A stretch of DNA of 64,000 bases from Antedon mediterranea (lineage: Eukaryota > Animalia > Echinodermata). Under the pieces are notes generated by a model. The model searched no databases. It was not told the DNA's origin and was given only the letters and a program-made list of their open reading frames with translations. Numbering within the stretch: position 1 is the stretch's first letter; every line of letters starts with the position of its first letter. The translations under genes were made by a program, and so were the position numbers. The DNA is taken from positions 24,301,648 through 24,365,647 of the forward strand of contig NC_092673.1 of assembly GCF_964355755.1 (NCBI RefSeq). The letters are read 5' to 3'. Shown here one piece after another: positions 36,073 through 50,200 of the stretch.

Positions 36073-37370
36073 GTAAGTATTTCAAAGGCAAATTTTAAGG
36101 ATAATGCTACTATAATAATACTGATAATAGGTACAAAAATAAATTATACTAAATATTTGATTGTTAGTTTTCTAGTTTTTTTTGTTGTCTAGATACAACA
36201 TTATGAAAGTATGTTTCCGTACATGTTTGATCAAAATAGTTGGCATAATTATGTGAAAGCATTATTTGAACACACATATTATTCTCACAGATTTTCTCAT
36301 CTTTATCGTTTCAAATTAATTAATTAAATTTTAGTATATCACCGGGCGGTTTAAAATTTATTCTGTGCCGGGTTGTGTTTATATAAATAAATAGTATTAT
36401 CTACCGTTTCCATAAACACCTGTTCTGAACACATTTTTGTATGATAGTCATGACTCCAACCAGTCTATGAAGAAAGTGGATATTAGTTTTATTCATATAT
36501 TAATCATGAAACGTTTTACCTAAATATCTAAATATAAAATTTATCATAGTCAACTGCTCTGTGAAATAAGTGGAAATATTAAATTGTTGATAAAAAGATG
36601 GAAGTTAAGATGGAAGATGGACAAATATGCCAATATTTAACCTAAAATCTATTTAACATTGTATTCACTATAAGTTAGTCTATGAAGTAATTCAATTATT
36701 AATAAAGAATTTATCATAGAAACATGCTATGAAATAAGTGGAAATATTAAATTGTTGATAAAGAAAATGAAGTAAAATGTAAAAATATGACAATGTTTTA
36801 TACCTAATATCTAAATTTAACATTTGTTCACTATAACAATCAATAACATTAAAAATCACAATTATTGATTTGAAGGAAATCATCATACAAACTTTTACAA
36901 ATGTTTCACCTGTAATGTTTCAATATATTACATTTTATTCACGATAAACAGTAAGTCAAAATCATTATTGATATCATAGAAAGATGTTACAAATGTTTCA
37001 TCTATAATGTAAGTATTATAACATCATCACTTGAGAGTGAATAAAGCAAACTCTGAATATTATGCATATGATTCCCAAAAGGAATCACTGTCTATCTATC
37101 ATAATGGTAATAACGTATGCAAATTAACTTGGGAATGAGAGACTCAACGAGAAGTCTTCCAGGATAAATGCATTCTAAAAGCATTATTAAGTATAATAAT
37201 TATTTATGAATATTTCAAACAAAAGATGTCCTTTGAAAAATGATCAAATGTTTTTAAACAGTATTCCTTGTTTTTTCCTTTTCTGATTTTTAAATTTTAC
37301 TTTTTCCCTTCTGACATTCTGACTGAAATCTGGAAAACACAGAATTTTTATTAATACATAATTATATACA

Positions 37371-38826
37371 CTAGATGGTACGCTCGCTTCGCTCGCGTAC
37401 CATCTAGGTCGTGCCCACAGATGGTTCTCGAATACATAGTAATTTCAGCGTTTAAAAAACTGGCGACTTCAAATGCACATGCAGGACAATAATACATGTT
37501 GTTTACAGGAACGAATAAATAGACACGGTGATTTATGTACTCAACTAAAATTAGCACCCCGGGAATTACTTCCGAAAAAGAAGTTTGTCACAAAATAAGA
37601 AACAAACTGAATTTGTGTTTTGTATGTAACATTTGGGTTGAGGGATGGGGAAGAGGATGGATGCAAAGACGAACAATTTTTAAATATATTCTTTATCGAT
37701 TTAGTAACGAAATATGAATTGTTTTCATGTTTTACAAATAATATACCAGTAAACACAGTAAAACATTGCGATTTAATACTTTGTTGAAACTGTCACCGTC
37801 ATAGTCGATTGAAATAGTACAGTACATGTAACGATACATCACTCTAATACGACGTTTATATTTTTTTGAAGTTACATGATTACAAACGTTCAGAAGGAAC
37901 TGTCAGTAATATATTAAACACCTCTAATCGCGGCAAATCGTAAATTCGCTTTAATCGTCAATAAATAATTATCTAACTCAACTTAATTAGTAGGCCTAAT
38001 GGTCAAGTGTTTCATAGAGCCAATTATGCTACCCAACTTGTATTGAAAATTAAGTTGTTTCCTAACCACCAAAGTTGTTCTGCGTTTAGGGCATGTACTG
38101 ATCATTCGTACTGTAGGCCTGTCCTCTACTGACTTTACAACGCTACTCATGCCAGTGAGGGGAGGGTGGTGATGTTGGTGGTGGTTTAGCTGCAATAATA
38201 AAGTTGATTGTACATAATAGACGGCGACTGGAAAGGCTAGCTCATTATGCGTTAAAAAAAAAGGATTCCACAGATTGGAAAAAAATGTATCGAATTTCTG
38301 TTATGACTGTACAGTACTTGTCTTTACGACGCCTGAGGGAATAGACACTTGTGGAACAGAGATTGGAATGTTCCATTTATCGCAGATCAAAACATTTGTA
38401 TAAACGTATATTAAATCTATCAAAATAGTATTTTTTAAAGAAAATCGGCCTGTCTTCAACATTATGATGCTGTACTCGAGCTGTTCAACCGGTTTTCAGC
38501 TATTAAAAACAATTATCGTAGGAGGAGATAGGAAAATGCGAAGCATCCTTGCATTATTGTCTGCGGGTATTTTTCAAGTTAGACATCCATTAGACAGTGT
38601 ATACCACGACCACGAAACACCCTATTTGGGGCAAATCGTTGAACCTAAATTCGTTTTAATTGTCAATAACTAATTATCTAACTCAATTTAATTAGTAAAC
38701 ATGGTTACATCAGATGGTTAAAATCAGTACCGAAAGTACGAACCAACTTTATATACCATCGAGTAAAAATTCTAGAAATAAACTGCGATTTATCGAATTT
38801 TGCCCTTACGTAAATTTATATATAGA
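37371..38826 (-). mobile_element. Non-autonomous Helitron, copy 2
   Basis: Minus strand A|TCTATATATAAATTTACG ... CTAGATGGTACGCGAGCGAAGCGAGCGTACCATCTAG|T. Confidence 0.85.
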
Positions 38827-39299
38827 TACCAAAGTGGACATTTTCATGTTATGTTCATAGAATTACCAAACTTAACCTTCAGTTGTTGAAATTAAATAAC
38901 AGTAAATTAAATTATGTTTTCATTTGATAGCCAACTCGCTGCCTCATAGTTGAAGAAGCTTTACAGTTCGCAATTAAATTCTTCATTTCGCAGAAGCGTG
39001 CATTACGCATTTGGTTTATGGTTTTAATTTAGTTTTTTCGTAAATGTCGGTGTGTTTGACCAAACACTGCTAAGTCGTTTATTAAGTAATATAATAAGAC
39101 TAACCCCTGTTAGCTTCAAAATGAAAATCATAGATATACATAAATTTAATTTAATATTTAGACAAAATGGTAGAAGTGTGACGGGAAGTATATTAAGTAA
39201 CTAACCCCTGTTGACTTAAAAATGAGCATCATAATTGCATGAACTATAGTCGAGAACTACTGTCTTCCACCATACCACATTGATGGTGTAAAATCTCCC

Positions 39300-39385
39300 T
39301 GTGGTCTAAAATTAGGTAAGATATCTGCCTACCAATCGCACAATTCCAAGTTCAAATCTCTGTTAGGGTGGATTTTTCTTACTAA
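39300..39385 (+). mobile_element. Degenerate tRNA-derived SINE head
   Basis: GTGGTCTAA..GGTAAGAT..GCCTACCAATC..CCAAGTTCAAATC A/B-box-like layout; related minus-strand copy at ~58416-58485. Confidence 0.4.
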
Positions 39386-39554
39386 CAAATCACATCTTCA
39401 CTTAATTAATTTCCAGCATATCAGTGGGTGATTTAAGTTTCTCTGCGGCTGCTTAGATGTATTGTTTATCTAATCTTGTCTTGTTTTATTTTATCAAGCT
39501 TTCTTTACCTTTGTGTATCAAGCATTCTACATAGAATCTTAAATACGTTTATGT

Positions 39555-39752
39555 ATATCTGAGGAAGAGTTAGTATTACCCGAAAGCTCTGCAATTTCTT
39601 CTGGACTGTTTTACTTGATTAGCTTTTCGCTTATATTATTTGTATCTAGCCACTGATGTCCACAGCATTGTCATTTTGTCAGTGCTTATTTTATTTGTAT
39701 CTCAATTGAGATCAAGTCATTGATACCAACAGCATTGTCATTTTTTCCAGTA
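39555..39752 (+). mobile_element. Degenerate Penelope-like terminal fragment
   Basis: CTGAGGAAGAGTTAGTATTACCCGAAAGCTCTGC plus AGCCACTGAT..CACAGCATTGTCATTTT, homologous to the 13345 and 48938 copies. Confidence 0.55.
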
Positions 39753-40534
39753 ATTTGCCTTTTGATTTCCTTATCTTTTATACAATTTATACATCTTTAT
39801 TTTAGCATATCTTTTGAATATTTATACCTTACGTATGATCTTTACATATAGCCAGTGGTATTTCATATAGTTTATACTTAAAGCAGTTGATTAATATTTT
39901 AACTCATTTTCATTCTGCTCCAGCGAGCACCGTTCCGTTCAATTAAGTTATAATCAATGTCTTTTATAAATAATTTAGTGCATTCGGCAGTACTGAAGCA
40001 ACAGTATTTAAGACGTTGCAATTTATTAAATTTATATTGAATACACGATGTATACAAACTATTCAATTGATATAAAAAATGTATTTATACTGTATATGAA
40101 ATGAGATTATATCATAATAAATATCAATTTAATATGAATATCCTTATTGATTATAAATATGTGTTATATGTATCAATATGTAAAGTTATTTATCATACTG
40201 TTTATCAAATTTGTTCAAAGATGCAATAAATTACAGGCTATCAAATTCAAATATACTTTAAATTTACTTTAAATATTATTTATATTTTAAGAATTATTAT
40301 TGATTATTGTTAAATTATAAAGTATAAATGTTTTAAAAAATAGTTACAGTTTCTTTTTATAATGTTACCCTTTTCATTCAATTTCAAATAAATGGAGATG
40401 AATATTTAAATTATTTTATTATCGTATTAGCCATCTCTTATGAAATTTCTTATATTCACAAATAGAAAAATATAAATGTTACCAAATATTATCTATACTT
40501 ATAACTGTTGTGTTGTATATACAGCCAACTTTAA

Positions 40535-40862
40535 AGATGTATTGTCCCCCAAAAACATGAAAAATGAAGATTAATTTAATCAGACTTTGAATATGTTATT
40601 TTGTAGTTTTAATAAAGTTAATCACTTCCATAGAACTTCCACGAAAAAAATAATGTTTTCACTTGTAAAATGACAAAAAAAATGGTTAAATTCAACCAAA
40701 AATCCATTGGCTGGCAGCCAATTTGACCATTTTTGCTTTAAATTAAATTTTTTCAGGTAAATACATTTCTTTTTTTATCCAATTTTTGGTCAAATTGGAT
40801 AACTATTATGTTACATTAAAATGGAATATTAAAAATTGTTTTTTTAGGGGGACAATACATCT
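40535..40862. mobile_element. Kolobok-like MITE
   Basis: TTAA|AGATGTATTGTCCCCC ... GGGGGACAATACATCT|TTAA; degenerate inverted copy at 41498-41706, fragment at ~54690-54905. Confidence 0.8.
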
Positions 40863-43800
40863 TTAAAAAAACTGACACATACAGTACGCTCTGTCTACAC
40901 TATCAAACTAGTTTGACATTAAAGCGTGTGATGTGCCCAAATATATGATAGTGATATGCCCAAATCATGTCCATATTATGGGCACATCACACTTTTTTAG
41001 ACAGAGCTTTATTTGGAAGGATCAAAATGTTGAATCCAATGAAACTATTTTAGTTATTGTAATTGCAAGTGTAAAGACTGTTTGGATGCAATTAGACATA
41101 CAATACAAATACATTTACATATAAAATAATTAATCATAAAATGAGAGTAAATACCCAGATTACAAAGAATTCTAAAAATGTAATGAATGTAATAAATTAA
41201 CCTAAATAATATAATACTTTTATTCTTGAAATATAATATATGTAAATTGCATTTTGTAAAATTAATAAGCAAAGTTTAATCAAATACTAAATAACAAATG
41301 AATAAAAATATTATTGTGGTTTAATGGATGTAATTATGCAGAAGTTACGAATATTAATGTATTGCCTGATGACACCAGGCGTTATAATAATCTGAATATA
41401 CATAAAGTACATGCTTAATTTAACCCAAGGGGTTTTATTGGTGAAGAGGATATTAGTACAGTGATCTGCTATTTTATGTTGAAAACAACTACATTAAAGA
41501 TATATTGCCCCACTGAAAAAAACATTTTTATTTTTTTTATGCTAATTTAATGTCATGTAATTGTTATTCACAAAAAAAAAATCTTATTGTAATCTAAAGC
41601 AAAATAAATTCATATTGACTGATATTTATTAAAACTGCAAAATGGCCTATTTAAAGTATTTTTTTATTAATCTTCATTTTTCATGTTTTTCTGGGTCAAA
41701 ACATCTTTAATAATATGCTTGGTGTATAATTTACATTTTTTTTTAGGAACATGCAAAATAATTTCAGCTTCAGTATTTCCTTTACCATTTGTACCCAATT
41801 CCACTTTAGATCTATGTTTTATCTAACACCAAGTGTGATTCCTGTCCTTTTCTTTGCAACAGAATAAAAGTATATTTCAAATTTATGATGAAATATTTAT
41901 ATACAGAATTGTCTATTTGGTGTGTGTATGTGTGGGGGATGCTATTGTATTCATAATGACATTAATTATTCATAATTACATGAATAATTAATCAGTAACT
42001 ATTAACTCAATAACTAAGTTCATTATTGATTTATGTATTTTGCTTTTCAATATCATATTTCTTAATTTTGTTATATATAAGTTAAAGATATTATATTGTA
42101 TACAATTATTTAATTATGATGTTGTATAATTGAATATGATGTTGCTATTCTGATATGTTTTCTATGGTAACAAGACAACACTCGCATTACTTAGTAATGG
42201 TTTCCACAAATAAATTGGAGAAGTATAACTATTGAAGGTTTTTAATCAAACTGAATTGGAAATGGATAGTTGTAAGAAAATATCAATTTTATTTATGACC
42301 ATACCATGGCAACTCCATTCATTTACAGAAATAACTAGTGTAATAATCTTAATCTCTATCATGTTGTGCTATTTGTCTTCGGTTAGACTTGCGTACACTT
42401 CATTCGCATTACTTTTTTTTCCTTGGTACGATATCTATCATTGACTGGTCGATTATGAACTTGCAAAAGATCTAACTTTTTAATCAAAGTATTTGCTTTT
42501 AGTCTCTGGTCTTTTAACTCTCCTTAAAAATTCTAACCTATTAAATTGGCTAGAGTATCTTTTACCTAAATATGTATAAATAATATATGTAAACATTTCA
42601 TAGAATACAGGATTTTTTAAGAATTAATGGAGGAAATAATAATTATTTCCTCCATGATTAAACAAGTGTTTAGTTCGATATGGTTGAATGATTCCAGAGC
42701 ATCATACGTCATGTTTCTCGCTACTCTTTCGGGTCAGACATAGTAAACACACTTTTTAAATAAATCGTAAAAAATATAAATGTTGAATTTTTTTTATTGT
42801 TTCTTTTGCCTATCTAGACTAAACATTTAAGCCTATAATACATGTCAAATAAGCAATTGAAGTGACGGTACCTATCTCTTGTATGTTAACAACGGTGAAA
42901 ACTCATGAGATAGATTTTGCCACGCACGTGTGACGTCACAGCAATTTACGGCGACGGCTTTACTGCGAGCGCATGCAGCGGTATCGTAAATCTTGCGATT
43001 GTTCTGAAATCATATGTACATCCCTAATACGTTGTTAAAATATGGTTCTCGGTACAGTTGTCCTTTAAACTCTGTCTACACTATCAAACCAGATTGACAC
43101 AAAAAGTGTGATGTGCCCAAATATGGTAGTGATATGACATAATCATGTCACATTTTTATCACATAAAGTTGATAGTGTAGACAGAGCTTAAAGCCAAATA
43201 TAATTCATAATGGGTGTTACTTTGTCCAATATGGTACATTTATTGGATATTTTACGTATTGGCGGCCATCTTGGATTTGACACCCTTAAGCTTTTTTTAA
43301 AAAATGGCAACATATTTTTTTCATTACTTTACATCCTAATGACACTAAATCAGCTGGAATTTTGCTTTTAACAAAAAAATGACACGAAATTACATAGTGG
43401 CCTACACTATATGTTTCTATGATAATACAATGGTTGATTCAAAGTTGAGTTTAGAGTGAATCTTGTAGTATGTTATTAAATCATAAGGAACGAAATTGAT
43501 TTTTCTCTTCACTTTTGATGGAGAAGTAACTCTGGTAAAACACTTCAGGATGTATTCTCAAGTATTCCCTTTGATTTGTTAAGAGAGTAAACATACAAAC
43601 AAAGGCTATTTAAAACATAAAAGAAAAATCTATATTATAATCATTATAATATTTTAAACATAGATGATAATCGATTAATATAAATTACTTTATTAAACAG
43701 TTGTTTATGTTGTATTATCCATTGTTTATATATTATTACTTGAATACTTTCAAGTATTATTTGTATTCATTTTAAATTTATTTTTATTGATTTTAATGAT

Positions 43801-44205
43801 GGAATAAGAGTAGTTCAGTTTGAGCTCATATCATGCATATTGTGTTCTTTGTAAAGTTATGTATTTTTTTAAACTTGAAGAAATATTATTATTAGAGAGA
43901 CAGACCGACTTATTTTGGCCTCCTTCTGCACACTTTTGTTCTTTATTATAAATGTTATATGCCTGCAGAGAAACAATAAAAACAAACTTCAATGGTGTAC
44001 TTCCATTTTTCTGTCCCGCATACATGTCTGTTCTTAAAAAAACGTTTTTCCATAAAGTACAATTGGTGTATTATTATCTAAACATTTTTAAATTATAAAG
44101 ATATTAGTTACTGAATTGCTTTTATCTATTGATATCTTACAAATTCAATTCAATTATTTTATTCTGTCAATTCTTTCAATTTATTTACACTTTTATATCT
44201 TACAG

Positions 44206-44285
44206 AGTGCGTGTAGAATTCTTCGTAAATGAACAGTCATTTAAGGAACGATTACATCTTTATTTTATAAAAAACCAACGATCAA
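44206..44285 (+). CDS. KCNT1: KCNT exon, 80 nt ([26 protein letters not shown])
   Basis: tacag|A GTG CGT ... TCA A|gtaag. Confidence 0.95.
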
Positions 44286-47200
44286 GTAAGTTGAATGTAT
44301 TACTTATTATCTATAATCCTAAGTGGTTAATGACATACAAAAACTTGCCTTTATTATTCTGAGTCTGTTGATGTGTGACATAATATATTTATTTTATTAA
44401 ATCCTGCAAAATATCAAGCCTAAAGCTGTCTACACTCAATCTATTGACAAAAAAGTATAATGTGCCCAAATTTGGTAGTTATATACCCAAATATGGTAGT
44501 ATGACGTCCATTGGGTACATCACAAAGTTTGATAAGTGTATAAAGAGAGCTTAAGATTCAGAGAATACTCTTTTTGTTAACAGATAATAATATTATTTAA
44601 TTTAGATGGCATTTTAACTAGTACAGTAGTAGTAGTAGTTATTTTTATGTAAATTTTGACCATTTTTTTAAAAATGATATTTTCTATGTCATTTGTATGT
44701 ATATTTTTATCTCTCTATCTCCATCTTGGCGGTAATCTTGAAATTCAAATTAATTATAGAATGATATATTATATACATTACTAATGTTAACTTTTTTTAT
44801 ATTATTGCTGTATTTCTTTGAATTCATATTTATGATGGAAATCGGAATTATATTTTATCATTTAAATTGCTTCTGACGTGTTGTCATAGATACCTTAACT
44901 TTCATTTAAACATGTTTCTGAAGAGTTGAATTTCATCTTAACGTCATACATCTGGGTATGATAAAATATAAGATAAGCCACTGAATTGTATACGTTTATA
45001 AATTGACTGAAAGCAGGCATGTCATGTATCTGTGTTTCTATTGTATAAGATACATGATGCTAATTGAGTAAGTATATGGGTTTATAACATATAAGGTTTC
45101 AGATTTGAATTCCACATACATTTCGCTAAAATTACATTTTTAGGTTATTTTTTTTGTATCTTTGTGGTAAATTTAGAATTTCTTTAAATTGTGTTCATCC
45201 TGCCTTTTTATGTTATCCATTCATTGTATGTGCAAACACAGAACAAATTTAAATTACTGATGGGCGAGCATACCATCTAGGTTGTGCCCAGATGGACGTT
45301 CTTGAATACACAGTAATTTCAGCATAAAAAACTGGAGATTTCAAATGTACATACCGCAGGACTATAATACATTAATTGTCGTTTACTGAAACGAATAAAT
45401 AGACACGATGATTTGTGCAGTCAACTAAAATTAGTACCCTTGGAATTACTTCCGAAAGAGAAACCAACGTTTGATTTTTGGACTCATTTTAAACAAACCC
45501 AATTTGTGTTTTGTATGTAACCTTAAGGTTGAGGCAATGTACAAAGAGAAACCATTTTTAAATATTCAGCAACTAAATATTAATTTTTGATTTAGGCCTA
45601 TAAATAATATACCACTAAATACAGTAAAACATTTGCGATTTAATACTCTGTTAAAACTGTCTCTGTCATAGTCGATTGAAATAGTAAAGTACATGTGATG
45701 ATACACCAGTACGACGTTTATTTTGTTGTATTATTAATTAATACAAACGTTGAGAAGCAACTGTCAGTAAATAGTTTATTTGTATATTATGTGTTCATAA
45801 TCTAACAGTAGGGCCGCCCACACTTAGTTTATTTGTATGTTTGTCTTCAACATTATGATTCTGTACTTGATTGAGCTGTTAAACTGGTTTTCAGCCATTA
45901 AAAACAATTATCGTAGAAGGAGATAGGAAAATGTGAAGCATCCTTGTATTATTGTGTGCGGGTATTTTTCAAGATGGACATCCATTATACAGTTTATACA
46001 ATGATCGGAAAACACCCCTATTTACGGCAAATCGTTGAACCTAAATTCGTTTTAATTGTCAATAACTAATTATCAAACTCAATTTAATTAGTAAACAGGG
46101 TTTTCAGGTGGTTAAAATCAGTATCGAAAGTACGAACCAACTTTATAATACCATCAAGTAAACACTCTAGAAATAACGCGCGATTTACCGAATTTTGCCC
46201 TTGCGTAAATTTATATATAGATGGTTATAAAAACCAGAGTTAACATGGTTTGATATTGTATTACCCATTTAGAGCTTTAGTACTAATGTCACTAATCAAT
46301 CAAAGTCCATTAAATCCATCCAATAACAAGTCTATTTTTTTCACTTTCCTTTCTTTATAATTATTTCATGTTCTTTTGATGTTCAAAGACTCTCTTTCAG
46401 CCCCACATTTTTGTATTTAATGAAAATACTGTAGTTTGTTTGGAGACCTAATTATCAATTTATTCTACTTGATTAAGTCAATGCCTACTGGGAATTACTT
46501 AAAGATGTGGTCAACTAGCTAGTGAATATATAATTAGCTAATGATGAGAGGCCTATGACATTAAATTCATGATGAAAACAACATGAAAACTAGACAATTG
46601 AATTATGCTATTAGTTGTTGGCATAAACCAAATGTGCTCTACCACATGGTTAATACTGTCTATCACCAGAGATGGATTTAGAAGGAGTGTATTAGCAACA
46701 AGGTGTTCAGGGCCAGTTTTTCTGGCATAGCAACATATAAGATGTTTATTTCAAATTTAATTTTGAGATATAATTTAGTTATTAAAAATGTTTTCCTGTT
46801 TTATTTCCAAAAAAAAGTGATGAATTTATTCACATTCACAATTTTTTCGCAGCAGAAACATGCCCGTAATGACAAAACTGAGCAAAAACTCTGTTAATTA
46901 ATTATACCCTTTCATCAAAAATATTTATACTGGTTTCCTTAACAACAATGATAAAATCCAAATTTATCATTTTTCTTAAATAACTGGTTTGGTTTTATAA
47001 AAAGCCTTTTTTTTATGCAATCAAGTCAAGTTGCGCTTTAACTCTTTTATTAGTGCAAGTCTCATCAAGGTGGCATTCGGTTACTATAGAAACTTAATAA
47101 TATTCTTCTTACCTAGAACCTTAAGGAGTTTTTTTTTAATCTAGGAAATGAAAAATTTAGCTGTCTTATTATTAAACAAGAAGACAATTGCGATGATATT

Positions 47201-50200
47201 TAAAGGAAATAAAATTAGATGAAAATGCACTACTTATTAAGGGAGATCTTTTGTTAAACTTCACTTTAATTATCCACACATGGTGCTATGTTGATTAATT
47301 AATGCATACGCTTTTTAACATATAACAAAAGAAATGTACTTTCATGTCCTTTCACTTTCATCTCAACATTATGGAAACTTTAAAATTCAATAATACTGCA
47401 TCTCATGTGTATCACATGTGATGCCTGTATCACAGGAGGTTAGGTTTAAGGGTTTGGATATTAACATGTTTATTACGGAATTTGCTGAATTTACTGGTTA
47501 CTGTAAACGTTTTACACCTTCTGTTTGTTTTTTTTTCTCGTATGATAATTTGCTAGAGCGCTGTATTGTTTGCAGTTTATTTTTTTATTACATTTAATAA
47601 CAATTTCTATTGATTTAAAAAAAAATTGATTTTTTTTCCTACAGCTCTTCGAATACGTTTAGTAAACTGTGTCTTTAAGCTACTTACAGTTATCTTATAT
47701 TTGATTCGTGCGTCAACTGATCAGGATCCAAAAGCGGTCAAATGGTAACTTTATAATTTGTTTTTAATACAATTTATTTCTTTATCTTATTGATTAATAA
47801 AAAAAAAAACATCCATTAAAATTATAAACTAATGGCAGTCATCTTGTTGATTGTGACATCATTGATGAAAGGAGGGTAAAGGCCAATTTTTACAGATTTG
47901 CGGTAACACTAAGCGGAAAACAAACAAATATCTGTTACAGGTATTTCTTATGTACCGTTTACACACAACACCGTTTACGCGAGACAATAAATTGTTTTTC
48001 CGCTTACCGTTTATACCGCTCGTCTGTGTAAATTGGCCATAATTGCGACATGTGATGGTGGCAGCATATTTTTTTTATTTCTTTATTCGAATTCACAAAA
48101 ACACAACATATAAAAACAAAGAATGAATTCAGGGTAACACAAAAAAGTAACCAAAGGTCTAACTTATTTCCATTGTGGCCTTAAGGATAAATGAGTAGTG
48201 ACAATGCGGACTTTGTGATAATGATAAATTTAGGAACAATGTTGGAGTTGTCAAGGTTGTCACCGAGAGGTGACAATAATGGGAGTGGTACATATTGATA
48301 TGCAAATTTCCAGAATTTATTTTCATTTATTATTGCAAGCTTAAACAAACATTTAAATTTTTATTTTTTAGTTTTGGTTTAGAACATCCACACAACACTT
48401 GGTAAGTTAAGAACGAGTATGGTTTATTTTTTAAACTAAATTCATATTTTTTAAGAAAAGAATGTAACCATACATAACTTATGTTAATTTTTATGGAGTA
48501 GCCAACCTGCTTGCCTTGTAAATGAAAGGTAAAAAGTTTTTAGAATAAATATTCAAAACGTATTCCGTCAGTCCAAATTTAGAAACATGTCCTGTATAAT
48601 TTGTTTTTCTATTAATTCAACAAATAAAACAGGAGATTATAGATGCAAGATTTTAGATGCACAACTTAAATTCATCAATTTAAATGTAGTAATGCTAAAC
48701 ATCTGTTGCATAAACAGATATAATAATATTTTAACATAAAAAAATGAATATTTAACATTTTTAAATGTTTTTTCTTCGATAGTACGCCAGGAGAAGCAGA
48801 TTGCATTTATTGGTAAGTTATTATATTGCTAATAAGCAGATAATGATAATTGAAAATCAATAGAATTATCTACATATTTGTTGTCATGCAATAGTGATTA
48901 AATATCACTATATATAAATATATAAATCCAAAGGCAAATTACTGAAAAAATGACAATGCTATGGGTATCAGTGGCTGGATCTCAATGGAGATACAAAAAT
49001 AAAAAGCTAAATCAAAACGATAAAGTAAACAGCCAGAAAAGTTAGCAGAGCTTTCGGGCAACACTAGCCCTTCATCAGTGCAAGGGATAAATATATATAT
49101 ATATATAAACACAACAGGCACAGAACATGCATTCTAAACAGCCCGGTGATATACTGAAATTGAATTAAATAATTTTAAACGATAAAGATGAGGAAACTAT
49201 ATAAATATATATCTATAATTATCTCGTCACAACATTCCTGCTGAAATAATTAGAAAATGAACGTGATTGATTTTACTGAAGTTTTTCAAGTGAAAGGCTA
49301 ATAGTTGCATATGTAATAGTCCATTGTTTATTACACATAGAGGATTTAACGGCTCCAAAGAACAATTATTTACTCAATAATTCACTCTAAATATTCGTAC
49401 CACTTTGTTTAATTACATGAACTCCAAAATAGTAGACTGTTGCTATGGAGATTGGTTTGTTTATTACCTGTCTAAATCGTTATTGTTGCTATTAATGGTT
49501 GCTATGTAAAACCATGGTTAACCCATGCCTAACAAACATGCCATTTATCGTTGAACGTAATTATCGACTAAGCAGTATTATGTGCAACATTTCAAATCAA
49601 TGTGTGACAGTTTTATATCAAAGTGTATGCAATTTTATATCCAGTATTGTTATTGCTAATAAGAGCTAAAGTTCCAGACCAGTTAATTACATCAACAAAT
49701 AATCTGAATTTGAGCAGTCTAATGTTTTTATTGTCTAAATGCATATCTTCTACAGTATTTACAACACATGCAAAAGTCATATTTATGATCGGTTATTTAC
49801 AACACCTAAAATGCATATATATTTCTTGTGGCCAATGCTATTAGTTCCTTAAGGCTAGGACATCCACATTTATGGTGGAACCGTGTGGAATTCCCTACCT
49901 ATTTCACCAAGTTCAAACAAGCTTTTCATTATTTTAAATTATTGCCATCATCTATTTTAATTTATGTACAGCGCATTGAGAGCTTGCTTAGATGCGCTAT
50001 ATAAGAATGAACTATTATTATTATTACAATTTGTCCATCAAATCCGCTTATCCCGATGTTGCATACAAAATCCCATGGGCTCATCCTGGTGGGATTCCAC
50101 TGCTTCCGGATCGATCTGGATCCAGATCTCTTTTTTATGGGGATATATTATCAATCTTGCTCAACACTAGGTTCAAATTCTACAAATTCCACGTATGTCC

